From an uncultured Eubacteriales bacterium (GTDB lineage: Bacteria > Bacillota > Clostridia > Christensenellales > CAG-138), in contig CACWYB010000023.1 of assembly GCA_902765005.1 (NCBI GenBank), positions 3,687-67,686 of the forward strand: a DNA stretch of 64,000 nt. The letters run 5' to 3'. The position numbers were made by a program, and so were the translations under genes. The notes below the pieces were generated by a model. It was given only the letters and a program-made list of their open reading frames with translations, made no database searches and was not told where the DNA came from. Positions 19,700 to 28,791 of this stretch are shown here, piece after piece. Within the stretch, counting starts at the first letter, position 1, and each line of letters begins with the position of its first letter.

Positions 19700-20896
19700 A
19701 TGACAAAGATCGACATTTTCTCCGGCTTTCTGGGCGCGGGGAAAACCACTCTCATTAAAAAGCTGATCGCCGAAGCGTACAAGGGCGAAAAGCTGGTTTT
19801 GATCGAGAACGAGTTCGGCGAGATCGGCATCGACGGCGCGTTCATGCAGGACGCGGGCATTCAGGTGAACGAGATGAACTCCGGCTGCATCTGCTGCTCA
19901 TTGGTGGGCGACTTCGGCCGGGCGCTGAAGAAGGTCCTCTCCGAGTACGCTCCTGACCGTATCCTCATCGAGCCCTCCGGCGTAGGGAAGCTGTCCGACG
20001 TGATCGGCGCCGTGGAGCGCATCGATTCCCACGACATCCAGCTGAATTCCTTTACCACCGTGGTGGACGCCAAGAAGGCCAAGGTCTACATGAAGAACTT
20101 CGGCGAATTCTTCAACAACCAGGTGGAGAGCGCCAGCGCCATCATCCTGAGCCGGACCCAGGACGTGAGCGAGGAGAAGCTCAGCGAAACGCTGGCCCTG
20201 CTCCGGGAGCACAACCCCAACGCCGTCATCATCACCACCCCCTGGTCGGAGCTCTCCGGCGCGGCCATCCTTTCCGCCATGGAGCGGAAGGACACCCTGG
20301 AGGCCGCCCTCCAGGAGCTGGCCCAGGCCGCCCACGATGACGAGGACGACGACGAGGAGTGCGACGATCCCGAGTGCTCCTGCCACCACCATCACCATCA
20401 TGACGACGATGACGAAGACGAGCACGAGCACCACCATCACCATCATGATGACGACGATGATGATGAGTACGAGCACGAGCATCACCATCATCATCATCAT
20501 GACGACGATGACGACGATGAGGACGAGCACGAGCACCATCATCACCATCACGACGACGATGACGAGGACGAGCACGAGCACCACCATCATCACCATCATC
20601 ACCACCACGGCCATGACGCCGACGAGGTGTTCACCAGCTGGGGCGTGGAGACGGCCAACAAGTATACGAAGGACGAGATCGAGAGCATCCTGGTGAAGCT
20701 GGACGACGCAGCGGCCTACGGCGCCATCCTGCGGGCCAAAGGCGTGGTCGCGGGCGCCGACGGCCAGTGGATCCACTACGACTACGTGCCCGAGGAGCAC
20801 GAGGTGCGCACCGGCCCCGCCGCCTTCACGGGCCGCATCTGCGTCATCGGGTCCGAGCTCAAGGAGGACGCCCTCAAGGCGCTGTTTAGGGTATAA
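19700..20896 (+). CDS. COG0523/CobW family GTPase metallochaperone with long His/Asp-rich insert
   Basis: SGFLGAGKTT, ENEFGE, GCICC, EPSG and LRAKG motifs. Confidence 0.92.
   Translation: MTKIDIFSGFLGAGKTTLIKKLIAEAYKGEKLVLIENEFGEIGIDGAFMQDAGIQVNEMNSGCICCSLVGDFGRALKKVLSEYAPDRILIEPSGVGKLSDVIGAVERIDSHDIQLNSFTTVVDAKKAKVYMKNFGEFFNNQVESASAIILSRTQDVSEEKLSETLALLREHNPNAVIITTPWSELSGAAILSAMERKDTLEAALQELAQAAHDDEDDDEECDDPECSCHHHHHHDDDDEDEHEHHHHHHDDDDDDEYEHEHHHHHHHDDDDDDEDEHEHHHHHHDDDDEDEHEHHHHHHHHHHGHDADEVFTSWGVETANKYTKDEIESILVKLDDAAAYGAILRAKGVVAGADGQWIHYDYVPEEHEVRTGPAAFTGRICVIGSELKEDALKALFRV
20332..20620 (+). repeat. Tandem His/Asp-rich coding repeats
   Basis: About four units of D-run EHEH H-run (GACGAGCACGAGCACCA..CATCAC..). 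Confidence 0.85.
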
Positions 20897-20898
20897 GT

Positions 20899-21846
20899 AT
20901 GGAAGACATCCCTGTATTCCTGTTCACGGGCTTTCTAGACGCGGGCAAAACCACCTTCGTCCAGAGCCTGCTGGAGGACAAGGAGTTCAATAACGGCCAG
21001 CCCACGCTGGTGATCCAATGCGAGGATGGCGAGGAGGAGCTGCTCCCCGACCGGTTCCCGGCGAAGAACAAGGTTAGCATCGTGTCCATCGATTCGGAGG
21101 ACCGGCTCACGGAGGGGCATCTTTTGGCGCTCACCAAGCAGTACAAGCCCGCCCGGATCATCGTGGAGTATAACGGCATGTGGCTGAACAACAGTCTCTT
21201 TCAGGCCCTGCCCGAGAGCTGGTCCATCGCCGGGGAGACTTTGTTCTTCGACAGCACCACCTTCGCCGTCTACAACGCCAACATGAGGCAGCTGGTGGTG
21301 GACAAGCTTCGGACCGCGGAGCTGGTGCTCTTTAACCGCGTCACGGAGGACACGGACAAGATGGCCCTGCACAAGATCGTCCGGGCCATCACCCGCCAGG
21401 CGGACATCGCCTACAGCTACGACAGCGGCAAGACCGAGTACGACGAGATCGTGGACCCCCTGCCCTTCGACGTGAACGCGCCCATCGTGAAGGTGGAGGA
21501 CAAGGACTACGCCCTGTTCTACCAGGACCTGGTGGAGGATTTCAAGAAGTATCACGGGAAGGTGGTGGAGTTCACCGCCCTGGTGGCGCGGAACAACCGG
21601 ATGCCCAAGGATACCTTTGTGGCCGGCCGGCAGCTCATGCAGTGCTGCGCCGCGGACATCCAGTTCGCCGCCTTCGCCTTCAAGTACGACAACGCCGCCA
21701 GCCTGCAGAACCAGGGCTGGTACAAGGTGACCGCCAAGATCGAGGTCCGCTTCTCCGCCATCTACGGCAAGAAGGGTCCCGTGTTCAACGTGCTTGCCAT
21801 CGAGCCCTGGCAGGCCCCGGAGGAGGAAGTGGCCACGTTCTATTGA
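20899..21846 (+). CDS. Degenerate COG0523 GTPase domain fused to TIGR03943/DUF1980-like C-terminal domain
   Basis: TGFLDAGKTT, CEDGE and EYNG motifs; C-terminal GRQLMQCCAAD motif. Confidence 0.8.
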   Translation: MEDIPVFLFTGFLDAGKTTFVQSLLEDKEFNNGQPTLVIQCEDGEEELLPDRFPAKNKVSIVSIDSEDRLTEGHLLALTKQYKPARIIVEYNGMWLNNSLFQALPESWSIAGETLFFDSTTFAVYNANMRQLVVDKLRTAELVLFNRVTEDTDKMALHKIVRAITRQADIAYSYDSGKTEYDEIVDPLPFDVNAPIVKVEDKDYALFYQDLVEDFKKYHGKVVEFTALVARNNRMPKDTFVAGRQLMQCCAADIQFAAFAFKYDNAASLQNQGWYKVTAKIEVRFSAIYGKKGPVFNVLAIEPWQAPEEEVATFY

Positions 21847-21864
21847 TTGATTCGTTCGTCTCTT

Positions 21865-22000
21865 GCCGCTTTTTCTTTTCGGTGAAAAGAAAAAGCGGCG
21901 CAAAAAGAAAAGCTCAGGAGGTCTAATGAGTTAGGTTTCCTGAGCTTTTTAGTATTCCTATAGTTCTTTTGTGCACCTTTTCTTACAAGAAAAGGTGCAT
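21865..22000. repeat. AT-rich multi-hairpin intergenic element, copy B
   Basis: GCCGCTTTTTCTTTTC/GAAAAGAAAAAGCGGC, AGCTCAGG/CCTGAGCT and TGCACCTTTTCTT/AGAAAAGGTGCA hairpins. Confidence 0.85.
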
Positions 22001-22026
22001 TGTTTTAAATCAAACCGCTCAAAATA
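21997..22026 (+). promoter_or_regulatory. Putative sigma-G promoter of spoVT
   Basis: GCATT-18 nt-CAAAATA resembles the sigma-G consensus; spoVT is sigma-G dependent in Bacillus. Confidence 0.45.
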
Positions 22027-22057
22027 GAAGCATGAATACGAAAGCAAGAGGTGCAAG

Positions 22058-22591
22058 ATGAAGGCGACGGGGATCGTGCGGCGAATTGACGAACTGGGGC
22101 GGATCGTGATCCCCAAGGAGATCCGGCGGACGCTGCGGATCCGGGAGAGCGACCCCCTGGAGATCTACATGGGAGACGACGGCTGCATCCAGCTGAAGAA
22201 ATACTCCTCCGTGGGCGGCCTTCGGGACGTGGCGGAGGAGTTCGCCCAGGCCCTCAACGGGGCCTTTGGGCTCACGGCGGCAGTGACGGACCGGGAAAGC
22301 TGCGTGGCCGCGGCGGGCCGGCAGCGGCGCTGGCTCCTGGGCCGGCCGGTGCGGGAGGCTGTGCGGCGGCGGCTGCTGGCCCGCCAGGTCATGGAGGAGA
22401 AGGGCTCCCTTTTGGTGGAGGGCCAGGACGAGCCCTTCCTCTCCCTCTTGGGGGTGCCCATCCTGCTGGAGGGGGACGCGGTGGGCGGCCTGTTCCTCAT
22501 GAGCGCGGAGGAGGGCCCGGCCCTGCCGGAAGCGGCCCTGCAAACGCTCAAGACCGGCGCCCTGTATCTCGGGAAGCTCCTGAGCCTGTGA
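22058..22591 (+). CDS. spoVT: Stage V sporulation protein T
   Basis: MKATGIVRRIDELGRIVIPKEIRRTLRI (AbrB-like) plus GAF-like C-terminus. Confidence 0.9.
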   Translation: MKATGIVRRIDELGRIVIPKEIRRTLRIRESDPLEIYMGDDGCIQLKKYSSVGGLRDVAEEFAQALNGAFGLTAAVTDRESCVAAAGRQRRWLLGRPVREAVRRRLLARQVMEEKGSLLVEGQDEPFLSLLGVPILLEGDAVGGLFLMSAEEGPALPEAALQTLKTGALYLGKLLSL

Positions 22592-22610
22592 CCCCCGAAG
22601 CAAAAGTGAA

Positions 22611-22637
22611 AGCCCCGCGGGAACAAGCCGCGGGGCT
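22611..22637. terminator. Bidirectional terminator hairpin
   Basis: AGCCCCGCGG-GAACAAG-CCGCGGGGCT between convergent genes. Confidence 0.6.
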
Positions 22638-22652
22638 CCGTTTGGATATGGC

Positions 22653-24152
22653 TCAATGCGCCTGATAAAACTCTTCGCCGGTGATGGTGTTCACGTAAAG
22701 GTTGTCGGCGAACCAGCCGGGGATGCCATCCAGGCCGTAGAGATAGTGCTCCACATACATGAGCCGGCCGCCGGCGAAGCCGAACTCATAGGTGCAGCCA
22801 TCCTTCATATCCGCGTCCATGGTGCAGTAGTTGCCGTCGTAGACCGCGTTCACGCCGATGAAATCATAGCTGTCGGGGCCGAAGACAGTGTCGATGACAT
22901 GGTGCATGTAGGCCTCATACTCCGGGCCGCCCATGTGGTCATAGTCGATGTCGATGAGCTTCAGGCCGTCATCCGGGTTGTAGAGCTCGTTGCATTCTGC
23001 TCGGACGATGTAGCCTGACTTGGCGGCGATGTCCATGTGCACGAAGTCGTTGTTGATGCGGTAGAAGTTTTCCCGATAGCCGGATTTATCCAGGAAGTAG
23101 GTAATATCCCAATCCTTCAAATTGTAGTCCAGCTCCTCCATGGACTTGCCCTCGGCGTCCCGGCGCTCGGCGGCCCGGCCGTTGGCGGCGGACAGGAAGG
23201 TGCGGTAGAGCCAGGTCACCTGGTCCACGCTCATGTCCCCTTCGGCGATGTTATGGATGTCGCCCTGCTCGAAGTTTTCGGGCGCCACCAGATGGACCAC
23301 CTGGGAGTTGCGGCGGATGTCCGCCTGGAAGCACACCGATTCCTCCATGGAATACTCGTCGGGGTGGACCTTCACCCCCATGAGGCCGTTCTCCGTGTAG
23401 GCCAGCTGCACATAGCGGCCGTCTGCCAGAGCCACGGAATAGGAGGACTGGTTCACCCGGCCCCGGCTGCCGCCCCTGTCCTGAACGGCCTTGCTCTCAT
23501 TCACCTGGGTGCCCAAAAGCTGGGCCACCTTGGCGGCGTCCTGCTTGGGGGTGGCGGCCTTCTGGGGGACGTAGCGGATGGTGGAGATGGCCAAAGGAGA
23601 CAGATCCTTCTTCAAAAGCACGCACACATGAGTGTTTTTGCCGTCCGTGATGCGCAAAATGTCGTCCCGGTAGCCGGCGGTGTCCACATAGGCGGCCACG
23701 AGCAGGTCTTTCGTGTCGATGTCCCAGTTGAACAGGGTCATATACAGAGCCTTCACCTGCTCAAAAACCTTCGTTTGGAGCTCCGGCTCCGGGTCGTCCC
23801 CCTGGGCCCAGGTCTTGCTGTCGAAGGGGACGATGTTGTCGATCCGGGGAATGATAGAGGCGAACCGCAATTCCCGCATGTAGGCCTCCACCCGGGCCTC
23901 CTCCGCCTTTTCGGTCTGGGGGTCACTGGTGGGGACAGGCGTGGGCTGCGCCGGCTCCGCGCCCTCGGACCCCGGGGGGGCAGGCGTGTCGGTAGCCTCC
24001 GCCTCCGCCTGGGCGGTGCGGATGTACCTGTCCTGCATGCTGCCTTGGGCGAACAGATTCAGCCCGCCCCAGAAGACGACGCCCAGCACCAACACGGCGC
24101 ACATTGCGGCGATCAGCACCTTGTTTTTCAACCAGAATAGTTTCATGTTCAA
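22653..24152 (-). CDS. Uncharacterised membrane-anchored extracellular protein
   Basis: N-terminal TM helix, Pro-rich linker, ~420-aa acidic domain; GGAG RBS before TTG. Confidence 0.75.
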   Translation of the reverse strand: MNMKLFWLKNKVLIAAMCAVLVLGVVFWGGLNLFAQGSMQDRYIRTAQAEAEATDTPAPPGSEGAEPAQPTPVPTSDPQTEKAEEARVEAYMRELRFASIIPRIDNIVPFDSKTWAQGDDPEPELQTKVFEQVKALYMTLFNWDIDTKDLLVAAYVDTAGYRDDILRITDGKNTHVCVLLKKDLSPLAISTIRYVPQKAATPKQDAAKVAQLLGTQVNESKAVQDRGGSRGRVNQSSYSVALADGRYVQLAYTENGLMGVKVHPDEYSMEESVCFQADIRRNSQVVHLVAPENFEQGDIHNIAEGDMSVDQVTWLYRTFLSAANGRAAERRDAEGKSMEELDYNLKDWDITYFLDKSGYRENFYRINNDFVHMDIAAKSGYIVRAECNELYNPDDGLKLIDIDYDHMGGPEYEAYMHHVIDTVFGPDSYDFIGVNAVYDGNYCTMDADMKDGCTYEFGFAGGRLMYVEHYLYGLDGIPGWFADNLYVNTITGEEFYQAH

Positions 24153-24181
24153 CCGCTCTCCTTTCTCAAGTTGACGCCCTC

Positions 24182-24237
24182 AGTATACCGCCGGACTTGT
24201 TATGGAGTATTCATCAACTTGTAAGGGAGTTGTAAAA
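24182..24237 (-). promoter_or_regulatory. TTACAA direct repeats (11-bp period) plus TATACT -10, upstream of the 499-aa protein
   Basis: Minus strand TTTTACAACTCCCTTACAAG...TAACAA-9 nt-TATACT. Confidence 0.7.
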
Positions 24238-25356
24238 GGTCACGGTGGCTACGGTCCCTCCGTCCGCGCCACGGGCGAAGGCGAGCCTGGCTCCGTGTGC
24301 CTTGGCGATCTGGTGGCAGAGGGGCACGCCCAGACCGCCGGCGCTGTGGAGCTTCTTGTATTTGGAGGGATGGTTCACGTACCGGAGGGCCTCGTCGCTC
24401 ATGCCGCTGCCGTGATCGGTGACGGTGAGCACGTTGGGCTCGGCCTTCAGCTCCACGGCCGCCCCGGCGGGGGAAGCTTTCACGGCGTTGTCCACCAGGT
24501 TGTTGAGCAGGGACGATAGCATGGCCTGATCCCCGAAGAGGGTGGGCCAGCGGACCTCATAGGTCACGGCGGGATAGGTCTGTCGGATGTGGTCGAAGAG
24601 GTCCTCCACGTCCACGGGGCCGAAGGAGGTGGCTTCCTCTTTTGCGTTGTGGAGGGTCAGCAGCCGCGAAGAGATGTCCGAAAGCCGGGTGCTCTCCTCG
24701 GCGATATAGCTGGCCGCCATGTACCGCTGCTCCTCCGTGAGCCGGGCGTCCCGGAGTGTCTCGGCGTAGCCCCGCATGGCGGTGAGGGGCGTGCGCATCT
24801 CGTGGGCCAGGCGGCTCACGGGCAGATTGATCCGATACAGCAGGGCGTAGAGGGCCACCGCCATGAGCAAGGCCACGGTCGTACCGGTGAGGGCCGCCGC
24901 CATCACCTGCCGCCGAAGGAGCTGCTGCACGTCCTCCACATCCTTCACATAGATCAGGTCATACCCCGCGGGCAGCCGGTCGCTGACGAAGGTATAGAGC
25001 CGGCCGTCCTGCCGCAAAAAGCCGGCGGTGCCGGTGGGATAGTCGGCCGCGAAGGGCAGGGTGACGTAGACAGGTTCTTCCCCTTCCGTCACGGAAAAAT
25101 ACAGGTCCCGGCCGCCGTAATAGTCCAAAAAGGTGCCCACGACGGCCCGTTTGCGGCCCTCGCCCAGCTCTGCCGCCGTGTCCTGCACCGTGCGCTCCAG
25201 GGCTCGGGCGATGGCCTTCTCCTCCCGGAGGGCGGCCTCCGTGGCCCCGTTCACCGTGGAGCGGATGGCGGGCACGGTGACGCCGAACATGCACCCGTAG
25301 AGGATCAGGGCGCAGAGCAGCGTGGACAGCAGATAGGTTTTTTGCCAGAGCTTCAT
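24214..25356 (-). CDS. Sensor histidine kinase
   Basis: Two TM segments; AHEMRTPL (H box), NLVDNAVKAS (N), DHGSGM (G1), GGLG (G2). Confidence 0.9.
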   Translation of the reverse strand: MKLWQKTYLLSTLLCALILYGCMFGVTVPAIRSTVNGATEAALREEKAIARALERTVQDTAAELGEGRKRAVVGTFLDYYGGRDLYFSVTEGEEPVYVTLPFAADYPTGTAGFLRQDGRLYTFVSDRLPAGYDLIYVKDVEDVQQLLRRQVMAAALTGTTVALLMAVALYALLYRINLPVSRLAHEMRTPLTAMRGYAETLRDARLTEEQRYMAASYIAEESTRLSDISSRLLTLHNAKEEATSFGPVDVEDLFDHIRQTYPAVTYEVRWPTLFGDQAMLSSLLNNLVDNAVKASPAGAAVELKAEPNVLTVTDHGSGMSDEALRYVNHPSKYKKLHSAGGLGVPLCHQIAKAHGARLAFARGADGGTVATVTFYNSLTS

Positions 25357-25392
25357 GGGTTCACTCCCCGTGCGAGAAAAACAGGGTTTTTC

Positions 25393-26043
25393 TCACGACT
25401 CTTCAAACCGATAGCCGGTTTTGTAGATGGTCTTGATGTGATCCTCCAGCTTGAGCTTGCGGCGAAGCTTCTGGATGTGCACGTCCACGGTGCGGCTCTC
25501 GCCCAGAAAGTCGATGCCCCAGGCCTCGGAAAGGAGCTTTTGCCGCGACAGGCACACATTTCGGTTCTCGATGAGGATGCGCAGGAGGGTGAATTCCTGG
25601 GGCGTCAGGTCCACCCGCTCCCCGGCGAGGAAGACCTCGTGGGCGTCGAAACGGATGGTGAGATCCCCGATGGAATAGCTCTCCTCCGCCCGGTGGGTCC
25701 GGCGAAGGACCGCCTGGACCCGGGCCAAAAGCTCCGCCACCTCGAAGGGCTTGACGATATAGTCGTCCGCGCCCAGGCCGAAGCCCCGGACCTTGTCCGT
25801 GGTGGCGCCTCGGGCCGTGAGGAAGATGGTGGGCACGTCCCGGACCTTCTCCATGACCGTAAAGCCCTCCATGTCCGGCAGCATGATGTCCAGGAGCATG
25901 AGATCAAAGCCCTGCTCCGCCGCCGCATGGATGGCCTCCCGGCCCGAGAAGGCCGTGACGCACCTGTGCCCGACCATCTCCAGGTTCAGTTTCAATAAGT
26001 CGTTGATCGCCCGCTCGTCCTCGACGATGAGTATGTTCGCCAT
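25393..26043 (-). CDS. OmpR/PhoB family response regulator
   Basis: ILIVEDE, LDIMLP, GADDYIVKPF and RTVDVHIQKLRRKL motifs. Confidence 0.95.
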   Translation of the reverse strand: MANILIVEDERAINDLLKLNLEMVGHRCVTAFSGREAIHAAAEQGFDLMLLDIMLPDMEGFTVMEKVRDVPTIFLTARGATTDKVRGFGLGADDYIVKPFEVAELLARVQAVLRRTHRAEESYSIGDLTIRFDAHEVFLAGERVDLTPQEFTLLRILIENRNVCLSRQKLLSEAWGIDFLGESRTVDVHIQKLRRKLKLEDHIKTIYKTGYRFEES

Positions 26044-26073
26044 AAATACCTCTCCTGCTCCCTTTTCATGCCC

Positions 26074-26107
26074 AGTATAGCAGAAAAGTTGTAATAGCGT
26101 TGTAAAA
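26074..26107 (-). promoter_or_regulatory. TTACAA direct repeat plus TATACT -10, upstream of the response regulator
   Basis: Minus strand TTTTACAACGCTATTACAA-9 nt-TATACT. Confidence 0.7.
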
Positions 26108-26143
26108 TCTATGCGGATTTTCGATTAAGAGTGGTATTTATTT

Positions 26144-26250
26144 GAACTTTAGGAATACAAAAAAGCTCAGGAGCCCTACTCTCTTAGTCTTCCTGAGCTT
26201 TTCTTTTTGCGCCGCTTTTTCTTTTCACAGAAAAGAAAAAGCGGCAAAAG
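26144..26250. repeat. AT-rich multi-hairpin intergenic element, copy C (inverted relative to copy B)
   Basis: Near-identical reverse complement of ~21865-21967. Confidence 0.85.
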
Positions 26251-26256
26251 AGATGC

Positions 26257-27306
26257 TCAATCAGCAAAAAACCTATACTCCGTCCGGCTCCGCTGCACTT
26301 CCCCCGCCCGCACGGTGGGCTGGGGCCAGGCGGGGTGATGGGGCGCGTCCGGGTAGAACTGGGTCTCCAGGGCCAGCCCCGCCCCCTTGTTGTACCGCAT
26401 GCCCCCCTTGCCCGGAAGCCGGTCGAAATGGTTGCCGGTGTACAGCTGGATGCCCGGCAGCGTGGTCCAGACCTCCATCCGCTGGCCCGACAGCGTCCCC
26501 TTCACGTCCGCCGCCTTGATGAGGCTCTTGCCGTCGTAGGCGTCCAGGATAAAGTTGTGGTCGTACCCGTTCCCCAGGGCGATCTGCCCGTCCCGGCTCA
26601 TGACCCCCTCCCGCACGGTTCGATAGGCCCTCAGATCGAAGGCCCCCTTCACGGGCAGGATTCGGCCGTCGGGCACGGTGTGCTCGTTGATGGGCGTGAA
26701 ATGGGAGGCGTGGATGCGGATGCTCTGATCGTACACGCTGCCGAAGGTGTCCCCGTCCAGGTTCCAGTAGGTGTGGTTGGTCAAATTCGCCACGGTGTCC
26801 TTCCCCTCGGCGGCGGCCTCATAATCAAGGCGCAGCACGTGGGCGTCGGAAAAGGAATAGGTGACCTGCACTTGCAGCGCCCCGGGGAACCCCTCCTCCC
26901 CGTCCGGGCTCAGGAGGCGGAAGCGGACGCTGTTCTCCCCCAGCGCCTCCGCCGCCCACAGCTTATGGTGGAACCCCACCGCGCCGCCGTGGAGGGTGTT
27001 GGACCCGTCGTTCCGGGTCAGGGGGTACACCCGCCGGTTCAGCGGCAGGGCCGCCCGGCTGATCCGGTTGGCGAACCGGCCGCAGATCGCGCCAAAGTTC
27101 CCCAGCTCCTGCTCATAGTATTTCAGCTCGTCGAACCCCAGGGCCACGTCCCCCAGCCGGCCCAGGCTGTCGGGCACGATGAGATTCACCACCGCCGCGC
27201 CGAAATCCGTCAGGGTCACCCGGCTCCCGTCCGCCGCCGTTATGGTATAGAGATGGGCTTCCTGCCCGCCTTGCGTCATGCCAAAGGTCTCTGTGGTCAC
27301 TGCCAT
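26257..27306 (-). CDS. galM: Aldose 1-epimerase (galactose mutarotase)
   Basis: GRFANRI, LHGG, NLTNHTYWNL, GYDHNF and ALETQFYPD motifs. Confidence 0.93.
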   Translation of the reverse strand: MAVTTETFGMTQGGQEAHLYTITAADGSRVTLTDFGAAVVNLIVPDSLGRLGDVALGFDELKYYEQELGNFGAICGRFANRISRAALPLNRRVYPLTRNDGSNTLHGGAVGFHHKLWAAEALGENSVRFRLLSPDGEEGFPGALQVQVTYSFSDAHVLRLDYEAAAEGKDTVANLTNHTYWNLDGDTFGSVYDQSIRIHASHFTPINEHTVPDGRILPVKGAFDLRAYRTVREGVMSRDGQIALGNGYDHNFILDAYDGKSLIKAADVKGTLSGQRMEVWTTLPGIQLYTGNHFDRLPGKGGMRYNKGAGLALETQFYPDAPHHPAWPQPTVRAGEVQRSRTEYRFFAD

Positions 27307-27414
27307 GGTCCCGCTCCCTTCCCGCTCTTTTTTTCAGGAGTATCACAAAAACGGAGGCGTGTCAAGCTTTTGACACGCCCCCTTACGCCTCCTTCCCGTT
27401 TTAGTAAAGGTATT

Positions 27415-28064
27415 TCAGCCCTGCATCCGCAGGATCTCCCGCTTGAGATGGTCCATGATCCGCTTCTCCAGCCGGGAGATGTAGCTCTGGCTGATGCCCA
27501 TGGCGTCCGCCACCTGCTTCTGGGTCCGGGGCGGCTGCTCCTTGAGCCCGAAGCGCATCTCCACGATCCGCTTCTCCCGGGGCGACAGCCGGGACAGGGC
27601 CGCCCACAGAAGCCGCCGGTCCACCTCCTCCTCCAGGTTCCGGCCCACCTCCTCCCCGTCGGTGCCCAGGATGTCCGAGAGCAGAAGCTCGTTTCCGTCC
27701 CAGTCCACGTTCAGAGGCTCATCCAAGCTCACCTCCAGCTTCAGCTTACAGCTGCGGCGCAGGTACATGAGGATCTCGTTTTCGATGCACCGGGAGGCGT
27801 AGGTGGCCAGCTTGATCCGCTTCTCCGGGTCGAAGGTGTTCACCGCCTTGATGAGGCCGATGGCACCACCAGCCTGAGATTGTGCTCGATGAGCCTGTTC
27901 CGGGCCGCCTCGCTGGTTCGTGCCGCCAGGACGCAGCTTCTCTCCTCCTCCGGCGACAGCGGCGGGGGCAGGCTCTCCCCGTTCCGCACCAGAAAGCACC
28001 GATACCGCCTGGAGAACAGCCGGGCATAGAGCCGATAGAACAGCGCGCGCAGCTTTTTGAACAT
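27415..28064 (-). pseudogene. sigE: Sporulation sigma factor SigE, frameshifted by internal deletion near 27865 (probably assembly lesion)
   Basis: Pro-sequence, LPPPLS..EE and [10 protein letters not shown] in one frame; [42 protein letters not shown] and [14 protein letters not shown] in another. Confidence 0.85.
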
Positions 28065-28791
28065 CCCTTTTCCTCCCTTCATGGACCGCCGCCCCGGGCA
28101 GCAGCGCCTCATACTCCCCCAAATCCATTGGCGCCCGGCCCACATACACGGGGACCGCCTCGCCCCCTGCCGCCGGCCACACCCGGCCCCGGCTCACCTC
28201 CACCGCCCCCCGGCCCTCCACCAGCAACGGCCGCCCCGGAGGCAGCGGCACCCCCGCCCCCACCAGCACCACGGGCAGGCCGGACAGGGGCTCCGTGAAC
28301 AGGTTCCCCGTGTCCAGGAACGCCGTGAGCTCCCGGACGCTTCCCCCCGCCTCCAGCCGGACCCGCCGAACGCAGCCGCCCTCGAACCCGCGGCGGACAA
28401 GATACCGCATGCCGCGAATGAGCAGGGGCAGCAGGCACAGGCTGTAGACTCCCACCCGCAGGGGCAGGGCGCCCAGCAGCGTTCCGCCGGTGAGCAGGAG
28501 CAGGGCCCCGCCCAGGATCACCGAGGCCACCAGCAGGGAAAGGACCGCCCGCAGATACTCCCGCCGCCCCACCAGAAAGGCCGTGGCCAGCAGGCAGGCC
28601 ACCCGGCCGGGCAGGCTCAGCAGCCGCGGAAACCGGCCCAGGGCCAGGGCGTCCCACACCGCCCCCAAGAGGGACACGAGGACCGCCCGCCCCGGCTTCA
28701 CCTCCATGCCGCCCAGCGCCCCCGCCAGGTGCAGCAGGAGCAGGTTGACGGCCATGTTGTCCAGCAAAAACCACTCCAGGGACACCCTCAT
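28065..28791 (-). CDS. spoIIGA: SigE-processing aspartic protease SpoIIGA (3' end uncertain; ORF runs on into sigE)
   Basis: [10 protein letters not shown]-terminal TMs; catalytic [14 protein letters not shown] motif; upstream of sigE. Confidence 0.8.

Noticed and set aside
20332-20620. Periodic repeats resembling an array
   Set aside because: In-frame His/Asp codon repeats inside a COG0523 gene; no unique spacers and no cas genes, so not CRISPR.
27840-27880. skin-like excisable element interrupting a sporulation sigma factor
   Set aside because: Sequence is missing rather than inserted, and there is no recombinase in the window.
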